This document shows positions 61,219-64,000 of a stretch of DNA of 64,000 nt, in pieces. The position numbers were made by a program, and so were the translations under genes. The notes beneath the pieces were generated by a model, which worked only from the letters and a program-made list of their open reading frames with translations, was not told the DNA's origin and did no database searches. Each line of letters starts with the position of its first letter. The stretch's first letter is position 1. The DNA is from Elsinoe ampelina (Eukaryota): the NCBI GenBank assembly GCA_010093995.1, contig ML992513.1:62001-126000 (forward strand), written 5' to 3'.

Positions 61219-63078
61219 ATGCAAAGTATATTCCGCCTGCCCTGGTGTTCAGAGCCTCTAGGCGGCGAAAAACAAGATGTACTGTTGCAGAAAATGCGTC
61301 CTTCTCCCATCGACATTCCCATCTTCAATAAGCTCAAACGTAAGAGGTCGGATAGCCCAGACTTTTTGCAAGATGTCAAGAGGAAACGACCATGCGAGAC
61401 GGATTCGCTGCAGCTGAAGTCGCAAGGCAACGACAGCCTGAGGCAGGTGCCACCGGGGAATGTCTACAGTCTGGATACCAAGAAGCACGAGACAGTAGAG
61501 CCCTCTGCTCAGGGCAAGATGGACGACGGAGCTCCTCTCACAGCTCTTGTGGCCTCTGATCTCTCACCTCTGCAGCAGACGATCGTGGAACAGTTCAACC
61601 TGGAGATCCTCCTCAAACATCGGGAAGTGCGGACGATCGAGCAGGAGCTCGCCAAGTGTCAAGTGGCTCTTGAGCAGCTCCGGCGCTGCGAAATCATTCC
61701 ATACCCTGGACAAGATATCTCTGCAGACGTCTCAACTGGCACTGGACCATCTCTTCGCGCAGCTTCTGGCTTTACACAACCCGCTGCACCGGCTCCTTGG
61801 GGTGTCGTGGACGGCCCGTACAGCAAGCACTACTCTTCATGGCTCATTCCTGATTCAACTTTCGACTCTGTCTCAGTTGTGCAGACCCCTACACACGATC
61901 CCTACTCTACCATTCGCGGTGATCGCTCGACGAGGAACACTGGTGCTTCTTGGGCAAAGCCGGTGAAGAGCCGCCTCAACCGGGAGTCCATTAGCTTCTC
62001 TCCTCAAGCTCCAGTGGCCCAAGCTCCTTCCCGCAACAAAGGTGGTCCGCTGGTACTCAAACGGATGTCCGACAACCAATTCGTCAAGCTGGTCTGCACC
62101 AAGTGTCACCGCAGCGACTTTAGCAGCGTCCAAGGTTTCTTGAATCACTGTCGTATAGCACACAAGATCGATTACAAGAGTCACGAAGCTGCTGCTCAGG
62201 ACTGCGGTCATCTTCTGGAAGCCCACGAAGCTGACCTCGCCGCAACTGCTCCTCCACCTGTCGGAACTACTGTCCGTACGCCTGCGCCCAAGCCGACGCC
62301 TGCCGCCGTCCCTGCCCCTGTTGTTCCAACCACTACCAAGGTTCACGCTCTCAACCAAGAATTCATTCCGCGACCAACATGGAAACGTCAACGCCTGGCC
62401 TATGTTCAAGAGCTCAACAGCAAACCTGCGCCCCCTGCCAGCCAGCTGCCCAGACCTGCTAATGTTGTCTCATCCGCTGCTGCTCCGTTCTTGTCATCCC
62501 ATCTCGCTAAGCGCGGTGTCGGCGTTAATCTCGCCGCCATCATTGCTAAGCTTGGAGAGAAGATCGACCTCGGCCCTGAGTCATTCGAAGAGGTCGAGGA
62601 CAGTCAAGGCACCAGCACTCCTGTCGAGCCTGTCACCGGTGCTCGTACCGTCAGCGGCAAGCTAGACCGCCCCGGATCCCGCAAAGCCTTCCACCAGTCC
62701 GGCAATCGTCCTCGACCCGCTCCTTTGTCTACACCTTTGTCTACAGCTTCCATGTCATCTGATGAGATCCCAGAATCTCCTCAGGAGAACGAGCTTAGCC
62801 CACATACTGCAGACAGCAACCCTGGTCTCGTCAGTGACCATGAGGACGATCCTGTCTCTGATCCCGAAGAGACTGGCTCTGTCATCGCCGCCACTGAGCC
62901 CATCCGCATTCACAGTGGCTGCGGGGATGCCATGGATCTCGACGTCGAGGTCGATGACGACCATGATGGTCACGGTGTAATCATCCGCTCTCGTGGATCA
63001 ATGCAGGATGACACCAACATTCGAGATGCCGGCAGCCCCTCCAGGTCAAGAAGCAAGTTTGGAAGGCGGGAGAAGTAA
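61219..63078 (+). CDS. AHC1: ADA histone acetyltransferase complex component Ahc1-like protein
   Basis: 619-aa ORF with QFNLEILLKHRE...IEQELAKCQVALEQLRRC coiled coil and VKLVC.KC.RSDFSSVQGFLNHCRIAH C2H2 finger. Confidence 0.85.
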   Translation: MQSIFRLPWCSEPLGGEKQDVLLQKMRPSPIDIPIFNKLKRKRSDSPDFLQDVKRKRPCETDSLQLKSQGNDSLRQVPPGNVYSLDTKKHETVEPSAQGKMDDGAPLTALVASDLSPLQQTIVEQFNLEILLKHREVRTIEQELAKCQVALEQLRRCEIIPYPGQDISADVSTGTGPSLRAASGFTQPAAPAPWGVVDGPYSKHYSSWLIPDSTFDSVSVVQTPTHDPYSTIRGDRSTRNTGASWAKPVKSRLNRESISFSPQAPVAQAPSRNKGGPLVLKRMSDNQFVKLVCTKCHRSDFSSVQGFLNHCRIAHKIDYKSHEAAAQDCGHLLEAHEADLAATAPPPVGTTVRTPAPKPTPAAVPAPVVPTTTKVHALNQEFIPRPTWKRQRLAYVQELNSKPAPPASQLPRPANVVSSAAAPFLSSHLAKRGVGVNLAAIIAKLGEKIDLGPESFEEVEDSQGTSTPVEPVTGARTVSGKLDRPGSRKAFHQSGNRPRPAPLSTPLSTASMSSDEIPESPQENELSPHTADSNPGLVSDHEDDPVSDPEETGSVIAATEPIRIHSGCGDAMDLDVEVDDDHDGHGVIIRSRGSMQDDTNIRDAGSPSRSRSKFGRREK

Positions 63079-63403
63079 GGACGGATAAGCACATGCGTAT
63101 GACGAAGCGATTAAATTGTAGTATTATCTTCTAGCTTCAACCCTGTCATGACTACAGATTGGGATAACGAGCAGGGGTTACACCGAGCAGTTCTTCTCGG
63201 GTGCCTTGGGCTTGGGAACGCAGAGATAGATAGATTGTAATTGACTCTTCCCTCGATTTTGGTTCTACTTTCTGTTTCTGACCCAAGTGACCTGAACGCC
63301 GCGCTGATGCTTTGACAAAACCAGAGTGACTGCGTTGAGCTCCTGCTCTGATCGTGTATTGAGAGGCCGTGAATTGTGGCCACCTGCACTGCGTACACGT
63401 TGC

Positions 63404-63815
63404 CTACTGGCCGATGAGGAGGGAGACCTGCGCCCATCCATCAGCACTCGAGAAATACCCAAAGTCAAGAGCACTTACAGCCATGGCGACACAGCACAGA
63501 CTGACATACGGACTCAATCGCTCACCAACCCTCGCCGCCCGCCAAAATATACCCATCACGCTATCACGTGTTAGCTACCATGCCGAATCCGATTGCCTTG
63601 CTGACGAGATGTATCGAATCGCTTCGTGACTGATGCAAAGAGAGCAAGACTCACCCATCCTTGTGACTGTCCATGATTCGAGGGAAGACATAATGCGTGT
63701 AGGCACATGTGCAGATGAAGAGGAGGATGACCAGGAGGAGGGATTGGAAGTTGAAGAGGGCGGACTGGGGGATGTTAGTTTCGTTTTCATATTTGACGTG
63801 GGCAATATCTACCAT
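63404..63815 (-). CDS. KSH1: Protein Kish (TMEM167), 4 exons: 63815-63813, 63764-63655, 63560-63479, 63427-63404
   Basis: Spliced translation [72 protein letters not shown], with canonical GT..AG introns and an ATG-only first exon. Confidence 0.95.
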
Positions 63816-64000
63816 TTCTCCAGCTCTTCCAGATGATCTTGATTGAATTTGATGTGGACAGCTTCAGAGAGAGGACTGATGGCGAGAATAGCGTCGGGGG
63901 GTGAGGCAGGCCGCGAGGTGATGTCTTGGCGTGCTCCACGTGCTTCTGAACCTCTATCATTCTTCTTTGACACTTCTCTCACCTGCGCGATTCCCGACCA

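Overview
Filamentous ascomycete (Pezizomycotina) genomic DNA with spliceosomal introns and strong RIP mutation. The left flank carries a DENN-domain gene (running off the window) and a GH5 exo-beta-1,3-glucanase. Positions 5323-41433 are one AT-rich, RIP-destroyed block that resolves into three nested elements. The outer one is a Copia LTR retrotransposon (259-bp LTRs, CCCGC target-site duplication). A chromodomain Gypsy element (6513-13501, minus strand, with an antisense intron-containing Cys-rich gene) is inserted in the Copia gag. A ~23.8-kb TIR-bounded DNA element (15632-39392) is inserted between the Copia integrase and RT. This giant element carries a Plavaka-type transposase, a SprT/GCNA-like metalloprotease, an SNF2-like helicase, an internally duplicated ~7.2-7.35-kb gene cassette and several unknown spliced genes, and is the most interesting object in the window. 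To the right lies a GC-normal accessory island: a Cys-rich secreted protein, hypothetical genes, two NACHT/NLR-like genes and a DUF7580-like gene. Conserved genes follow (a GPI-anchored protein, AHC1-like, Kish/KSH1). All protein calls inside the RIP block come from manual back-correction of TpA to CpA/TpG and need HMM confirmation.
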